Positions 45,675-55,255 of a DNA stretch of 64,000 bases are shown here, piece by piece. The translations under genes and the position numbers were made by a program. The stretch covers positions 7,427-71,426 of the IMG/VR virus record IMGVR_UViG_3300035698_029829. One strand, written 5' to 3'. The number at the start of each line of letters is the position of its first letter. The stretch's first letter is position 1. This stretch comes from a virus. Its lineage: Duplodnaviria > Heunggongvirae > Uroviricota > Caudoviricetes. Under the pieces are notes generated by a model. It worked only from the letters and a program-made list of their open reading frames with translations, searched no databases and was not told the DNA's origin.

Positions 45675-45775
45675 ACCAAATCACCCTCCTAAAACACCCC
45701 CCTGCTTAACAGTTTTCAGGGCTATTTGTCAAGAGTTTTATTGTTGCATTGAAAAATATCGAAAGCAAACACCAA

Positions 45776-47110
45776 TCACTCGCTCTGCCGAGGATCGCCC
45801 ACCGGCACGTCCTTGAGAAAGCCCTCGCCGCCCGCTGTTAAATCGACGTGCGGGCTGCCGAGAATCGCCTGGACCGTCGCCTCATCGGCGTAATTCAGGT
45901 AGATGACTGCCTCGGGCTCGTCCCGCCAGAAATCAAGCGCTTCGGGATCAGGGTAAACCTGCTGGTCAATCCGTGCTCCCGCTCCCACCTCCAGTTTCTT
46001 GGCTTGCCGCATACGCTTGAGTTGACCGGCGTCCATTTTGAGCTGAACTGAACCGGCACTCCGAAGAACACCGTCGGGCATGGCCCCCTCGATTGCCTCC
46101 AACGCCTCGCCCCCCGTTTCATCTGTCGCATTCACGAGAAAAGTAGATACTGGAGTTTCCTCGGTGAAATGTGTTGCCTGAATTCCATCATTCAGACACT
46201 GTCGCTGCCATGCGACGTACTCTGGATAGGGCATGTCATCATCTAGCACCAAGTTGGGGGGAGTGGATTGAACGGTAACCCACGTGGCCTGCGGCTTCTG
46301 CGTCGACTCAGCCGACTTCTGCCCACCACCACTTCCTAAGAGCTGCTTGTTGTAATGGAAGTTTATACCGCCAAAATCCATCACCGGCGATCCGCCATCA
46401 AAATCCATCACCGACGACGGCGCGCCGCGCAGGATACTTCGTTGTACCGGCTCCGGTCTGGGTTTTTTGGACAGGAAAAAAGCGATGCCGACGGCAAACA
46501 CGCGGTCCTTGCCGATCAAATTCTGCGCCACGCCGCGCTGCATTTCCTCCGGCGTAAAGATGAATTGCCGTACCTGGCCATCCTGGTTACGAAAACCGTC
46601 GAGCCAGAAAAAGCCCTCCGGTGTACCGGTGTCAGCTAGGTAGTTCTGCGCGGGCCACTTGTGGCCACACTTCGCACAGTAACGGTCGTGCCCAAACTCC
46701 ACATCGTGTACAGGGCACCGGCTGTCGTACCGTTCCAAGCGCGGCTCGAAACCAACTACCTTCTGGCCGGTCAGTGCGTTCACGCCTTGGATGGAAACGA
46801 CCACAGCGACGTGATACTTGTGCGATCTATTCATGTTGAAGTCGAGCCAAAAACCGCGCCCCTCGGCAGTCGGAAAGAAGAAGCTCCCCGCCTTGGCTGA
46901 CCCGCGCATCCAGTGCTCCGGCGCACCCTCGTATTCGTCGACGACGCCCAACTCGACCGGACAGAAAGGCGGCAATCCCTGTACGTGTTCCTCGCCATCC
47001 TTCTTGAAGCGCTGCTTGAGCACTGGGGGCAGGTTAACGCCAAGCGAAAGCCCACGCGCCGTCACCAGCTGGCAACCGTCATATCCGCTAAATGCTATAT
47101 TGGAGATCAT
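45776..47110 (-). CDS. Conserved uncharacterised protein
   Basis: LPP...V.EY...P..W, WLDG....G.VRQF, GAG.RI.Q.VY.DP....W motifs of a widespread unannotated family. Confidence 0.7.
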   Translation of the reverse strand: MISNIAFSGYDGCQLVTARGLSLGVNLPPVLKQRFKKDGEEHVQGLPPFCPVELGVVDEYEGAPEHWMRGSAKAGSFFFPTAEGRGFWLDFNMNRSHKYHVAVVVSIQGVNALTGQKVVGFEPRLERYDSRCPVHDVEFGHDRYCAKCGHKWPAQNYLADTGTPEGFFWLDGFRNQDGQVRQFIFTPEEMQRGVAQNLIGKDRVFAVGIAFFLSKKPRPEPVQRSILRGAPSSVMDFDGGSPVMDFGGINFHYNKQLLGSGGGQKSAESTQKPQATWVTVQSTPPNLVLDDDMPYPEYVAWQRQCLNDGIQATHFTEETPVSTFLVNATDETGGEALEAIEGAMPDGVLRSAGSVQLKMDAGQLKRMRQAKKLEVGAGARIDQQVYPDPEALDFWRDEPEAVIYLNYADEATVQAILGSPHVDLTAGGEGFLKDVPVGDPRQSE

Positions 47111-47163
47111 GGTTTCCCCTTAAGCGGTGTGGGGACCAGAGTCCCCGCACCGCGTCTCGTCCG

Positions 47164-48066
47164 TTAGAATTGGCGGTTTTTGCCAAACGGATCGTTTTTC
47201 TTCGCGCTGCCGTTGACGCCAAGATCCAACGTCAATGGAACCACCGTACCGCGTGCCTTGGCATCGTGGTACGCCCGCTTCGCCTCGGGGTAGATCACCC
47301 CGATGTAAGCAATCCGTTCGATGCTGGTCTGCACCGCATTGAGTTTGGCAAACAACTCATGCACCTGGGCACGATTGTTCGCGTCAATGAAGCCGCCGAG
47401 TTGTACGTAGTGCACTGCCTGGCGAACCTCCTTGGAGAGGCCGCCCCACTCGACCTGGCACTTGTAGCACCGGCCATCGATGAGGGGAGTATCGGGGTGG
47501 AGAGGGCAGGCGTCCTTGAGGCGGAACGGGCCGAACCCAACCGCATATACCGTGACGACGATACCGCCAGGGTACGAAAACACATCGGTTTCCGGCTCGT
47601 CCTTCTCGGCGCGCTCGATCATCGTGCGTGAGGCCGCCAGATCGAAGACGCCTTGGGCATCGAAAACGAGGAACGGGCGCAAGCCGAACCGGCGCGCTAA
47701 CTCCTGGGCCTCCGGCGACTTCGGCCTCGTCGGATCGAGATCCGCGAGAACCAACTCGACGGGCCAATCGGTCATCCGTTTATGATGCTTGATCTTCCGG
47801 GTCTCTTCTTCGCTCCGGCCACTGTCATCCTGCGTGCGGAAAACCTTGGCGAGTGCCTTAGCAATCAAACGCGGGATACTCAGACCATCCTCGAAGTCCT
47901 CCCAGGTTGCCTCGGCAAGTAGCTCAACCGAGATACCACCCATCTTCTCGACGGCCTCGGTGAATTCCTCGACGGTCGACCACCTTTCAACGCCCGACTG
48001 GCGCAGGGACTCATAAGCTTGGTTGATCTTCTGGGTGAGGGACGCTGGTGTGGTAGTGCGTGACAT
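47164..48066 (-). CDS. Hypothetical protein
   Basis: SD AAGGAG before ATG 48066; promoter at 48153. Confidence 0.7.
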   Translation of the reverse strand: MSRTTTPASLTQKINQAYESLRQSGVERWSTVEEFTEAVEKMGGISVELLAEATWEDFEDGLSIPRLIAKALAKVFRTQDDSGRSEEETRKIKHHKRMTDWPVELVLADLDPTRPKSPEAQELARRFGLRPFLVFDAQGVFDLAASRTMIERAEKDEPETDVFSYPGGIVVTVYAVGFGPFRLKDACPLHPDTPLIDGRCYKCQVEWGGLSKEVRQAVHYVQLGGFIDANNRAQVHELFAKLNAVQTSIERIAYIGVIYPEAKRAYHDAKARGTVVPLTLDLGVNGSAKKNDPFGKNRQF

Positions 48067-48223
48067 AATTCTTCTCCTTCTACTTCTGCGACTACTACTA
48101 CTCTGCCGCACAATGCGGACAGCGTGAATAGAATAGCCGCATCGCAAGGGGTTGTCAATAAAAAAAGCACGCCCCTCCAAAAAAAGAGGAGCGCGCTTTC
48201 CACCAAGAAACTTTGGAACTTTT

Positions 48224-48299
48224 CACCCCCGGCAGGATTCGAACCTGCAACCCTCGGATTAGAAGTCCGACGCTCTAATTCCAATTGAGCTACGGGGGT
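48224..48299 (-). tRNA. tRNA-Arg(TCT)
   Basis: Loop CT-TCT-AA. Confidence 0.92.
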
Positions 48300-48307
48300 A
48301 TACGTAG

Positions 48308-48383
48308 TGGCCCCGGCGGGACTCGAACCCGCGACCTACCGCTTAGGAGGCGGTCGCTCTGATTCCAACTGAGCTACGGAGCC
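48308..48383 (-). tRNA. tRNA-Arg(CCT)
   Basis: Loop CT-CCT-AA. Confidence 0.92.
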
Positions 48384-48388
48384 GTAAC

Positions 48389-48466
48389 TGGAGCCCCTGG
48401 CCGGATTTGAACCGGCGACTTCCTCCTTCGGAGGGAGGCGCTCTAATTCCACTGAGCTACAGAGGC
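48389..48466 (-). tRNA. tRNA-Arg(CCG)
   Basis: Loop CT-CCG-AA, CCA. Confidence 0.92.
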
Positions 48467-48469
48467 ATG

Positions 48470-48542
48470 GGTGAACGACGGGAGTCGAACCCGCTAAAAC
48501 CTGGGTCACAGCCAGGTGCCTCACCGTTTGGCTTCGATCACC
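48470..48542 (-). tRNA. tRNA-His(GTG)
   Basis: G-1:C73, loop CT-GTG-AC. Confidence 0.88.
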
Positions 48543-48549
48543 GTATAAT

Positions 48550-48693
48550 GAGTCCGGCGGCGAGAGTGAGCGGCGTGGGGGTATTGGCTCACTTGGTGGG
48601 AGTTGAACCCACGTCCTTCAGATTAATAGTCTGCTGCTCTACCATCAGAGCTTCAGGTGAAGTACCCCACGCCTGTGCTGCGCCGCCAGGCTC
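48550..48693 (-). ncRNA. Y RNA-like module carrying a complete tRNA-Asn-like body (anticodon ATT)
   Basis: Begins about 14 nt after the Ro60 stop; GGCGGCG/CGCCGCC, CAGCACAG/CGCTCACTCT, N8 stem; tRNA at 48585-48660 with U1-A72, G73, CCA. Confidence 0.78.
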
Positions 48694-48706
48694 AGATTGT
48701 CAAAGA

Positions 48707-50866
48707 TCAATATGTTGCCCGAATCTCTTCGAGCGTCATCCGCTTCCGCCCGCTCTCGCTGACGGTCGCCTCAATCACCGTTTCATCGACCTCCAGATCG
48801 GCGCTCGACACCTCTGCTTTGCGCCCCACCTCAGCGGACACCATCATGTCGAAGATGTACTCGCTGAAGCCCGACAGCAGGTTTACGTTCGTGTGCCGGT
48901 CGAGCGGCGTCACCGCCATGTGGTTGTGGTCGAGGTTGACACAGTGCAACCAAGTATCCGGCTGCATCCGCTTGAACTTCTCCCACTCCCCAGCGAAGGA
49001 TAGCAACGCCCGACCATCGTTCCCCGCGAAACTGTCGGTGTAGATATTCTGGTCGTTCCAGAACTGCTGATCCGAGAACACGATCACCCGCTTGAACTTA
49101 CGACCCGTCTGAAGCAGCAACGACGGCACCAAGTGAACGTTCGTGCTGTGCCCAACGTACAAGTCGGAGTACAGTTCGTTGCGAGCGATTCGTTCCATGC
49201 TGGATACGACCGAATCGCGCTTCAGCACCTGACGGATCTGTGCGCTCTCACCGAAAGCGACAACCAGTGTGCGCGGGTTACGCTTGGCCGCGATGGCTCC
49301 GAAGAGAGCAGCCACCTCACGACAGCTGATCTCAGAACCCTGGCCCCTGGCGTCCTTCTTCTCGTCGCCACTTGACACCCGGTTATCCATCGATCCGGAC
49401 AGGTCGACCAAAATCGCGGTGTACTCGTCGGCCGCATCAGCTTCGCTCAAATTTGGTACGCTCTCGGCCTGAAGCTCCATCGCCTCGATAACCGCCTCAT
49501 GGACCTCATCGAGTTGCGGGTGCTTCTCCCAACCGGTCTTATCGCTCTTCCCAAAGGTATTCCCGCTCCATAGCTTCGCATGGATCGAACCCTTGGTGTA
49601 CAGGCCCTCAGTACCCAGCGCCCGCAGTGCCGACCAGTAACGGTACGGGAACTGCCGCGCCTTCGCGATGGCTTGCCGGTTCGTCAGCTTCGAAATCACG
49701 AGTCGCACCGTCTCGGCGTTACGCTCATCCACGAGTTTCAAGCCCTCGGCCTTCTTGACCTTCGCCCGGGCCTCGGCCCCGGCGGTCAAGATGTTCCGGA
49801 CGTTCCGCAAGAGATTCATGTACGACGTGTTCCGAGCAACCCACGCCCAAGTGCGAGCATCGGAGCCCCATTGCGACGTAACGTTCTCCTGCGTCAAACG
49901 GGCAACCTTGACGAGCCGCTCCGTCTCCGCGTCGAACTCCATCCGCTTGAATGCCTTGACGCGAGCCACGATCAGCGGCATCTCACGCTCGGCATCGAAC
50001 GGTACGATCTGCCCGCCGCAGTAGGTCTTGCCGTTGTCGGTTGATCGCTCGCAGATACCGTAATTATCAGCGAACAGCGTTCCACATTTCTCACAGACGC
50101 CGGTTGGCAGCCTGCGTTTGAGCAGGTAAAACCACTTCGCCGAGGACCACCGCTTGCGCCGACCTTTCTTACGGAAATCGACGAGATGCAGCAAATCCGT
50201 AAACGTCGGGTGCTGCTCAGTATCGTATTTCAGGAGCAATCCGGCGTCGAACCTGGTCAGCGCGTCCATAAGCCCGCGCAGAAAGGCGTTCGGGTGCTTC
50301 TTGGCACGCACGTAACCCTTGTTCACATCCAAATCACCGAAGAGTGCTTCGTAGGCGGCCAGCGCCACACGCGGCTCGTCGGCTCGCAGGCAAATCTTCG
50401 GAGCGTACAACCGCACCAGTGACTGCTGGTCAAGCTTCGTCCCTGCGAGTGGTGCCTGGAGTACCCGCGTACCGTCTTCGTGGGCGGCCACAGCCAGGAG
50501 TACCTGAGCTGCCGTCCGGATGTTAAGTTTGTCGCGCGCGAACGCGGCGATCTTAAACAAGTCGCTGGCGTACCCATCCGTGCGAGCCGCAACCTCTTGA
50601 GCCGTCTGAATCAGGACATTGTCGCCCTCAGTCAACCCCAACTCATCACGCCCCTTGTCGTAGAAACTGGTCTCCTTGAAGAAGCCCGCTGCTACCAAGT
50701 TGAGCAAGCGTTCCGACGGGTCCTTGATGTTGAATGCCAACGCACCCTCCGCGTTCTCGCCCACCTCGTCCAATTCGCGCAGGTCGACCTCAGTCTTCAC
50801 CTCGACGGCGCGAGCGCGATCCTTCAGAGTTTTCTGCGTGTTCTTCTGCATTCCGATCTTAGCCAT
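48707..50866 (-). CDS. rsr: Ro60/TROVE-domain RNA-binding protein with C-terminal vWA domain
   Basis: ERL.......E.SFY, FARDKLNIRT, RADE, KY, LLRNVRNIL, RQFPYRY.SA, VDLSGSM, FSD.Q. Confidence 0.88.
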   Translation of the reverse strand: MAKIGMQKNTQKTLKDRARAVEVKTEVDLRELDEVGENAEGALAFNIKDPSERLLNLVAAGFFKETSFYDKGRDELGLTEGDNVLIQTAQEVAARTDGYASDLFKIAAFARDKLNIRTAAQVLLAVAAHEDGTRVLQAPLAGTKLDQQSLVRLYAPKICLRADEPRVALAAYEALFGDLDVNKGYVRAKKHPNAFLRGLMDALTRFDAGLLLKYDTEQHPTFTDLLHLVDFRKKGRRKRWSSAKWFYLLKRRLPTGVCEKCGTLFADNYGICERSTDNGKTYCGGQIVPFDAEREMPLIVARVKAFKRMEFDAETERLVKVARLTQENVTSQWGSDARTWAWVARNTSYMNLLRNVRNILTAGAEARAKVKKAEGLKLVDERNAETVRLVISKLTNRQAIAKARQFPYRYWSALRALGTEGLYTKGSIHAKLWSGNTFGKSDKTGWEKHPQLDEVHEAVIEAMELQAESVPNLSEADAADEYTAILVDLSGSMDNRVSSGDEKKDARGQGSEISCREVAALFGAIAAKRNPRTLVVAFGESAQIRQVLKRDSVVSSMERIARNELYSDLYVGHSTNVHLVPSLLLQTGRKFKRVIVFSDQQFWNDQNIYTDSFAGNDGRALLSFAGEWEKFKRMQPDTWLHCVNLDHNHMAVTPLDRHTNVNLLSGFSEYIFDMMVSAEVGRKAEVSSADLEVDETVIEATVSESGRKRMTLEEIRATY

Positions 50867-50940
50867 GACACTTTCCTCCTCCGGCGAGAAATTGGTGTTG
50901 CGCCGGATTTTACGACCAGCCACCATGACCAGCCGTCACC

Positions 50941-51264
50941 TTAACTAAATATGCCCTTTCGCCACTTTCTAAATCTTTCCCCAAAGGACGACCTGTTGAT
51001 TGGTTGGGGCCGCGCAGCAGCCCGTACCCGCAGCTGTTCGTCGGTCGGCATCATCACCTGAGCACGGCGTCCCATCGCAAGTTGCACAATAAATTCGTGC
51101 CACTCGGGTGCTACGCCCGTCAAGTCGAAGGTGGCGGGTACACGTGCAACCACCTGACCACCTTGCACCAAATCAATGTTGTCGAGAATGGTGAACTTCG
51201 CGTCCTGCACGACGATCACCCCCTTCCCATCATTGACCAATATGTTGCCGTCGTTCATGGGCAT
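50941..51264 (-). CDS. Hypothetical protein
   Basis: SD AAGGAG; directly upstream of Ro60. Confidence 0.6.
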   Translation of the reverse strand: MPMNDGNILVNDGKGVIVVQDAKFTILDNIDLVQGGQVVARVPATFDLTGVAPEWHEFIVQLAMGRRAQVMMPTDEQLRVRAAARPQPINRSSFGERFRKWRKGIFS

Positions 51265-51277
51265 CTCCTTAAATTAA

Positions 51278-51390
51278 TCCGGCGTCTTGCCACTCGACTA
51301 CCTGGAAGAGCGAGGATATGTGCGCTGCGCTCTCTCGTGGTCGATGCCACGAGCAAACCAAACCACGGAATCGAACCGTGGGCCTCCGGA
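51278..51390 (-). ncRNA. Permuted tRNA-elbow RNA with capped Y-module hairpin inserted in the acceptor
   Basis: TCCGG/CCGGA formed by the two ends, T arm CCACGG-TTCGATT-CCGTGG, GAGCG-CAGCGCACATATCCT-CGCTC, D arm GTC-GAGTGGCAA-GAC. Confidence 0.68.
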
Positions 51391-51393
51391 TTT

Positions 51394-51472
51394 TGGTACC
51401 CCCGACAGGATTCGAACCTGCGACCTCAGCGTTCGTAGCGCTGCGCTCTAATTCCAACTGAGCTACGGGGGC
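51394..51472 (-). tRNA. tRNA-Arg(ACG)
   Basis: Loop CT-ACG-AA, CCA. Confidence 0.92.
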
Positions 51473-51475
51473 GCA

Positions 51476-51552
51476 TGGTAGATGCGGGGGGGAGTCGAAC
51501 CCCCAACGTCTTGATTAAGAGTCAAGTGCTCTGCCAATTGAGCTACACATCC
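51476..51552 (-). tRNA. tRNA-Lys(CTT)
   Basis: Loop CT-CTT-AA, CCA. Confidence 0.92.
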
Positions 51553-51559
51553 ACAGTAG

Positions 51560-51632
51560 TAGGCGCGAAGGGACTTGAACCCTCAACGTCCGGATTAAAA
51601 GTCCGGTGCTCTACCAGTTGAGCTACGCGCCC
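51560..51632 (-). tRNA. tRNA-Lys(TTT)
   Basis: Loop CT-TTT-AA. Confidence 0.92.
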
Positions 51633-51726
51633 TTAAAAATTTCGAAAAAACAAATACAAAGCCGCCAGAAAAATTGCCGCTGGGAGTAACACGTCTACGA
51701 AAAAGTCATACGATTTCATTGTCTGC

Positions 51727-51939
51727 TCAGCATTCCTCAACTCGGACTACTCGATATCCGTGCTTTTCCCACTCTCCAATCTCCCACTTGGTCAACTCAA
51801 TTACGAATTTTCCCTTAAACAAATGAATCGTCCCATCGGAATTATACACACTGACTACCTCCATCTCCATCTCAGACGGATCAACCTCCTGGATTTCCCA
51901 TCCCCTCTCGCCACTCATCTTCTTCCCCTGACCGCCCAT
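51727..51939 (-). CDS. Small acidic hypothetical protein
   Basis: Short ORF. Confidence 0.5.
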   Translation of the reverse strand: MGGQGKKMSGERGWEIQEVDPSEMEMEVVSVYNSDGTIHLFKGKFVIELTKWEIGEWEKHGYRVVRVEEC

Positions 51940-52273
51940 AAGGCTTAATGCTTCTTACGCTCGATCTCGTTCAATTCAGCCCGCAGTTTTTGTTCACGCT
52001 TACGCTCGGCGATCTCCCGATGACGCTTCTCGCATTCTGCGCACACGTTGTCGCCCAACAACCCGAAACCAGGGTCGGGCATATCTTTGCCGCACTCAGG
52101 GCATTTAGTCATAGCCACCTCCCACTAAATTATTTTACCTTGGAGTTCCATCCCCCCTCCAAATTTTAAGCCCCCTGTGAGGCCCCGGCTTCACCAGACG
52201 CGAACGCCCCCGGGTCCGTAATGGGTTAAAGAACATTTACGACGACCGTTTTCACCATCATCATTCCAGTCGG

Positions 52274-52351
52274 TGGTAGCGGCACCCGGACTCGAACCGG
52301 GAACCTCTCGCGTATGAGACGAGCGCTCTAAGCCAGTTGAGCTATGCCGCC
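52274..52351 (-). tRNA. tRNA-Met(CAT), elongator type
   Basis: Loop CT-CAT-AC, CCA. Confidence 0.88.
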
Positions 52352-52357
52352 TCAACC

Positions 52358-53051
52358 TCACGATCTCCCTTTTCTATCAAAAAAACGATCCAATTCACTT
52401 CGCACCAGCTCCCACACCTCATCGGGGGTACCGCTGGCGTCGATCCGCACGATGCGCCCCTGTTCCTCGGTGTACCGACGGCCGTAACCATTACGCACCC
52501 GACGGTGAAAGTCGAGAGCCTTCTGCTCGAAGCGATCCTCACGCTGATCCTCGGGCAACTGCTCTGCCCTCTTATAGGCACGAGCCAACCCCGCCTCGAC
52601 CGGCACGTCAAACCAAAGTGTCAGGTCGGGGATGAGCCCCGGCCGTACAGCTTCGTCGATCACCTGAAAATTACGAACCGTTGGAAAACCGGGCACTGAC
52701 CCCGCGTATTCTCCCAACCGAGAATAAACCTGGTAAACCCACGTCGAGTCTTGGTAGCGGTCGCAAAGCACCCAGATGCCCTTGGCTAACGTTGGTACGA
52801 TAACCTCTTGCGTCAGTTGCCGCCGAGCAGCCAAGTAGAGCAGTAGCTCCACCATCGGGTCCATCGCTTTATTTCGTGCATCGAGGAGGACAGTACGAAT
52901 GCCGTCGCAGATCGGCGTGCCGCCGGGATCGGCCCAGTCCAACAACGGAGATGTTGTGCCTCTCCGCCAAGTATAAAGCCGCCCTGGTACTCTGAGTGGT
53001 CTTACCACTACCCTCCCCGCCCTCGAAAGTGATAAACGGTGCAGGCATCAA
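52358..53051 (-). pseudogene. tmk: Thymidylate kinase split by a +1 frameshift near 52940
   Basis: FITFEGGEGSGKTTQ in ORF 52869-53051; DPGGTP, ELLLYLAAR.Q, CDRY..ST..YQ, PDLT in ORF 52358-53008. Confidence 0.85.
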
Positions 53052-53710
53052 TTTTGATCCTTGTCGTCCGGCTTTTTGTTGACATCAAACTGACCCAAGT
53101 CCTGTGCAGACGCGCCAAGACGGAAGCTCTTCACACGTCTGGAGGAACCGAGCATCGCGGAACGAAAACCGTGGCTATGGGTCGCGAAGTTGGAGGCGTT
53201 GACCGTATCGATTCCCAGACCACCCGCCATGCCGAAGGCGTCGATATTCGCACCCAGGAAAATGAACTCCCACCGGCGAGATGCCTGGCGCTCCTCGATC
53301 ATTTTCTTGATCTGATCCAGCTTGTACTCCCGACTGGAATTCTCCTCACCGTCGGTCATGATGACCGCGATGATCTTGTCAGGCTGCTGGTCCTTCGGAT
53401 TTGTCGCAATCTCATCTTCGATCAGACGAATCGTCGAGCCGACCGCGTCGATCAACGCCGTCCCGCCACCCGTTCTGTAGGTGCTTTCGTCCAGCGTTGG
53501 TACATCCTTGATCGGTACACTGATATGCACCCGTTTCACCTCTGTATCGAAGAGGACCATGCTTAAGCGCGCATCACCAGGCTCCTTCTGCTGTTCGGTT
53601 AGAAAGGCGTTGAAGCCCCCGATCACATCGTTTTCTTTGCCGCACATCGATCCGCTCGTGTCGATGACGACGGCGATCTCCACCTTTAGCTCTCTCGGTT
53701 TCGTATCCAT
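53048..53710 (-). CDS. von Willebrand factor A domain protein
   Basis: VIDTSGSM, T.L.DA.G, MTDG.ENSS.EY, FIFLGAN. Confidence 0.88.
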   Translation of the reverse strand: MDTKPRELKVEIAVVIDTSGSMCGKENDVIGGFNAFLTEQQKEPGDARLSMVLFDTEVKRVHISVPIKDVPTLDESTYRTGGGTALIDAVGSTIRLIEDEIATNPKDQQPDKIIAVIMTDGEENSSREYKLDQIKKMIEERQASRRWEFIFLGANIDAFGMAGGLGIDTVNASNFATHSHGFRSAMLGSSRRVKSFRLGASAQDLGQFDVNKKPDDKDQN

Positions 53711-53715
53711 CTGCC

Positions 53716-53931
53716 TCAGCCTCCCTTCTCAGGATGTAACACCGCCCAGAGCTTCTTGCTCAGTTCGGCAGTAACCCGATTCCGATTCATGTAATCGTTC
53801 ACGTCCACTACAGACCCCTGCACGTCAATAACGCCCTTCAGCTGTTTGATGACCGCTACAGTCGCCTTCGCGTCATCCTTGCGGATATCGTGGTCGAAAG
53901 TCACAGTTACGCCCTTCCACCTGTCAGTCAT
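53716..53931 (-). CDS. Small hypothetical phage protein
   Basis: SD GAGGAGG. Confidence 0.6.
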   Translation of the reverse strand: MTDRWKGVTVTFDHDIRKDDAKATVAVIKQLKGVIDVQGSVVDVNDYMNRNRVTAELSKKLWAVLHPEKGG

Positions 53932-53977
53932 AGTGCCTCCTCGTCGTCTCTTCCTATTCTTATCTTACCACCTAAAA

Positions 53978-54049
53978 TAGCGGGTGAAGGAATCGAACCT
54001 TCGTAGCAGAGGTTATGAGCCTCCGGAGCGACCACTGCTCGAACCCGCG
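53978..54049 (-). tRNA. Initiator-type tRNA-fMet(CAT)
   Basis: Mismatched C1:U72, loop CT-CAT-AA; only two of the three G-C anticodon-stem pairs. Confidence 0.82.
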
Positions 54050-54093
54050 TCATTTTATAGCAAGAGTGGGACTCGAAAATAGAAGATACGATC

Positions 54094-54774
54094 ATGAAGC
54101 CCCAATTTTCTCCAGCTGAGTTCGCCAGCGCAAAAGGTTTTGCAAAACTACCTCTGATGTGCTGCCAATGTGGCAGCATCTTTTTCACGTCAAGAGTTTC
54201 AATCCAACAACAAATCAGCCATCCAGAGCGGAACCGCCTAAAATTTTGCGGTCGAAAATGCCTTAGCGAAGCACAAAATAAGACCAGAACCCTTACGTGC
54301 ACAAATTGCAAAGTTCCCATCAAACGAAAATTCAGCCAATTCAAGAAATCCAAAAACCATTTTTGTTCTCGCTCGTGCGCGGCCAGTTGGAACAATCTCC
54401 ACAAACAAAAAGGAACTCGCGTTTCCAAGCTAGAAATCTTCCTGCAAAAAGAGCTTTCCGTAGCCTATCCAGAAAGAAAGTTCCTCTTCAACGACAAAAC
54501 AGCCATAGATTCAGAGCTGGACATTTACATTCCAGACATTGCTCTTGCCTTTGAACTAAACGGTCCCACTCATTATAAACCTCTCTTCGGATTACGAAAA
54601 TTCGCCTCCATCCAACAGGGCGATGCCAAGAAAGTGCACGCTTGCAGGAACTACGGCATCGCGCTGTACACCCTGAACGTCAGTGGAATGAATAAATTTT
54701 CAAAGAGCCAAGCGATTCCATTCCTAAAAAAGATTCAAAAAATTATTGACTCGAACTCTGAACTCGTTCAATAA
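54094..54774 (+). CDS. Zn-finger plus PD-(D/E)xK/Vsr-like putative homing endonuclease
   Basis: Repeated CxxC..FC motifs, ELDIYIP...LAFELNG..HY; AT-rich, opposite strand to neighbours. Confidence 0.7.
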   Translation: MKPQFSPAEFASAKGFAKLPLMCCQCGSIFFTSRVSIQQQISHPERNRLKFCGRKCLSEAQNKTRTLTCTNCKVPIKRKFSQFKKSKNHFCSRSCAASWNNLHKQKGTRVSKLEIFLQKELSVAYPERKFLFNDKTAIDSELDIYIPDIALAFELNGPTHYKPLFGLRKFASIQQGDAKKVHACRNYGIALYTLNVSGMNKFSKSQAIPFLKKIQKIIDSNSELVQ

Positions 54775-55255
54775 TCTCCGTTGTGGAGGTGAGGACCTCC
54801 AGATCCGGCACAATCACCAGCCTCGCACCATTCTCCAGGCCCACAATCTTCTCAGAAGTCTCGGTTCCCTCGAACGCCTGGTTCTTAAAAAGGGACACTT
54901 CAGCCCGGCGAAACAGGTAGCCCGCCAGCGCGAGATCGCTCAGGTCATTCAAAATGAAGGTGAAGTCCACCGGCTTGAGGGAATCCACGCCAAGCGAACG
55001 GAGCTGTTCATTCATGATCGGTCGATCTAACCCCTTCTCCACACGCACCACGTGATCCGCGTCCACACCAACAACCAACAAATCGCACAGCCCCCGACAC
55101 CGCTTCAAATACAGGATGTGGTAAGCGTGGATCATGTCAAAGACCCCAGTGGTGATGCCGACCCGCATCAACCTCTTCGAAAGCCGCTGATTTAGGTATG
55201 CTTCAACTACGTCGGTCTCCGGACCACTACGGATATCGAAAATCATCGTCCTCAC
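54743..55255 (-). CDS. Cytidylyltransferase-family (RfaE/TagD-like) protein
   Basis: TGVFDMIHAYH, LVVGVD.D, K...RPI, STT.II. Confidence 0.8.
   Translation of the reverse strand: MRTMIFDIRSGPETDVVEAYLNQRLSKRLMRVGITTGVFDMIHAYHILYLKRCRGLCDLLVVGVDADHVVRVEKGLDRPIMNEQLRSLGVDSLKPVDFTFILNDLSDLALAGYLFRRAEVSLFKNQAFEGTETSEKIVGLENGARLVIVPDLEVLTSTTEIIERVQSSSQ

Noticed and set aside
51278-51390. A functional permuted tRNA gene of the red-algal type
   Set aside because: Acceptor pairs over only about 5 bp, with no CCA or discriminator context and no bulge-helix-bulge; better read as a mimic.
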